A stretch of DNA of 40,019 nucleotides. Origin: a virus. The stretch lies in the IMG/VR virus record IMGVR_UViG_3300034072_000784, positions 1 through 40,019 of that record. The stretch is one strand, 5' to 3'. Below the pieces are notes generated by a model, which ran no database searches, had not been told where the DNA came from, and saw only the letters and a list, made by a program, of their open reading frames with translations. The translations under genes and the position numbers were made by a program. Below are positions 39,746-40,019 of this stretch, one piece after another (position 1 is the first letter of the stretch; the number at the start of each line of letters is the position of its first letter).

Positions 39746-40019
39746 TGGCGGTGGAATTTGGCCTCCTGGGCAACCCAGTCAACCCGCTACAGGTGTTGCA
39801 GTCGCTTGCCCTTGGGCAGCAGCAAGTCCAGCAACGTCAGCAGATGGAGGAGGAACGCGCAAGCCGCCAGAGGGAAATGGCGTTGCGCGAACAGCAGTTC
39901 GGATTGCAGCAGCAGAAATTGCGCTCTGAAACCCAAAAAATGGGACTTGATAGCTATGCCGAGGCTATTCAGGACGTTCTCCGTCGCCCTGAAAATGAGC
40001 GAGCATCAACATGGGACGC
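39745..40019 (+). CDS. 5' part of wrap-around ejection protein (continues at position 128 of the window)
   Basis: TAATG overlap with the upstream stop. The frame stays open to the window end and matches the frame of 3..458. Confidence 0.8.
   Translation, partial: MAVEFGLLGNPVNPLQVLQSLALGQQQVQQRQQMEEERASRQREMALREQQFGLQQQKLRSETQKMGLDSYAEAIQDVLRRPENERASTWD
39893..40019. repeat. second copy of the 127-bp terminal overlap
   Basis: Identical to positions 1-127. Confidence 0.95.

Noticed and set aside
1-40019. Terminal 127-bp repeats as prophage att sites or transposon ends; diversity-generating retroelement in the fibre genes
   Set aside because: A gene reads straight through the repeat and gene order is continuous, so it marks circular closure, not attL/attR. 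No reverse transcriptase ORF exists in any frame, and I saw no template/variable repeat pair near the fibre genes.

Overview
The window appears to be a complete, circularly closed tailed dsDNA phage genome. The first 127 nt are identical to the last 127 nt, so the unique length is about 39,892 bp. No rRNA, tRNA, CRISPR array, integrase or transposase was recognised.

Layout:
- (a) A rightward late operon runs from about 25.6 kb, through the window end, to 10.06 kb. It contains terS, terL, portal, scaffold and major capsid. The tail and ejection genes follow P22-like podovirus order: gp4-like adaptor, gp10-like hub, needle-like protein, gp14-position protein and three or four ejection proteins. 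Next come two tail fibre/tailspike genes and a large lysis cassette with a GH19 endolysin, several membrane proteins and a split spanin pair.
- (b) A leftward early operon (18.16 to 13.97 kb) encodes a recombination module: ERF annealase, DEDD exonuclease, SSB, NinB and a DUF968/HNH-like protein.
- (c) A self-contained rightward island of eight small, mostly DNA-binding-like genes lies at 11.97-13.77 kb.
- (d) A second leftward block (11.86 to 10.17 kb) holds small accessory genes.
- (e) A rightward early/middle operon (18.25-25.38 kb) encodes a LexA-DBD fusion protein, RusA, a DUF1376 protein, an SF2 helicase, a Toprim primase and many small ORFs including two XRE-type HTH proteins.

Genes are tightly packed with many ATGA/TGATG start-stop overlaps.

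Most unusual observations:
- A 77-aa Gly-Tyr dipeptide-repeat microprotein is encoded by about 30 tandem hexanucleotides.
- An early protein ends in about 12 perfect alanine heptads.
- Two AT-rich HNH homing-endonuclease cassettes are present. One sits antisense between the two spanin genes; the other lies between portal and scaffold.
- An 80-aa LAS/M15-type peptidase mini-gene lies among the ejection proteins.
- A GC-rich tailspike cassette interrupts the gp4-gp10 synteny.
- A LexA DNA-binding domain with no autoprotease domain is fused to a DUF551-like domain, next to a palindromic divergent control region.

All functional names come from reading the translated ORFs from memory of protein families. 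No searches were run.
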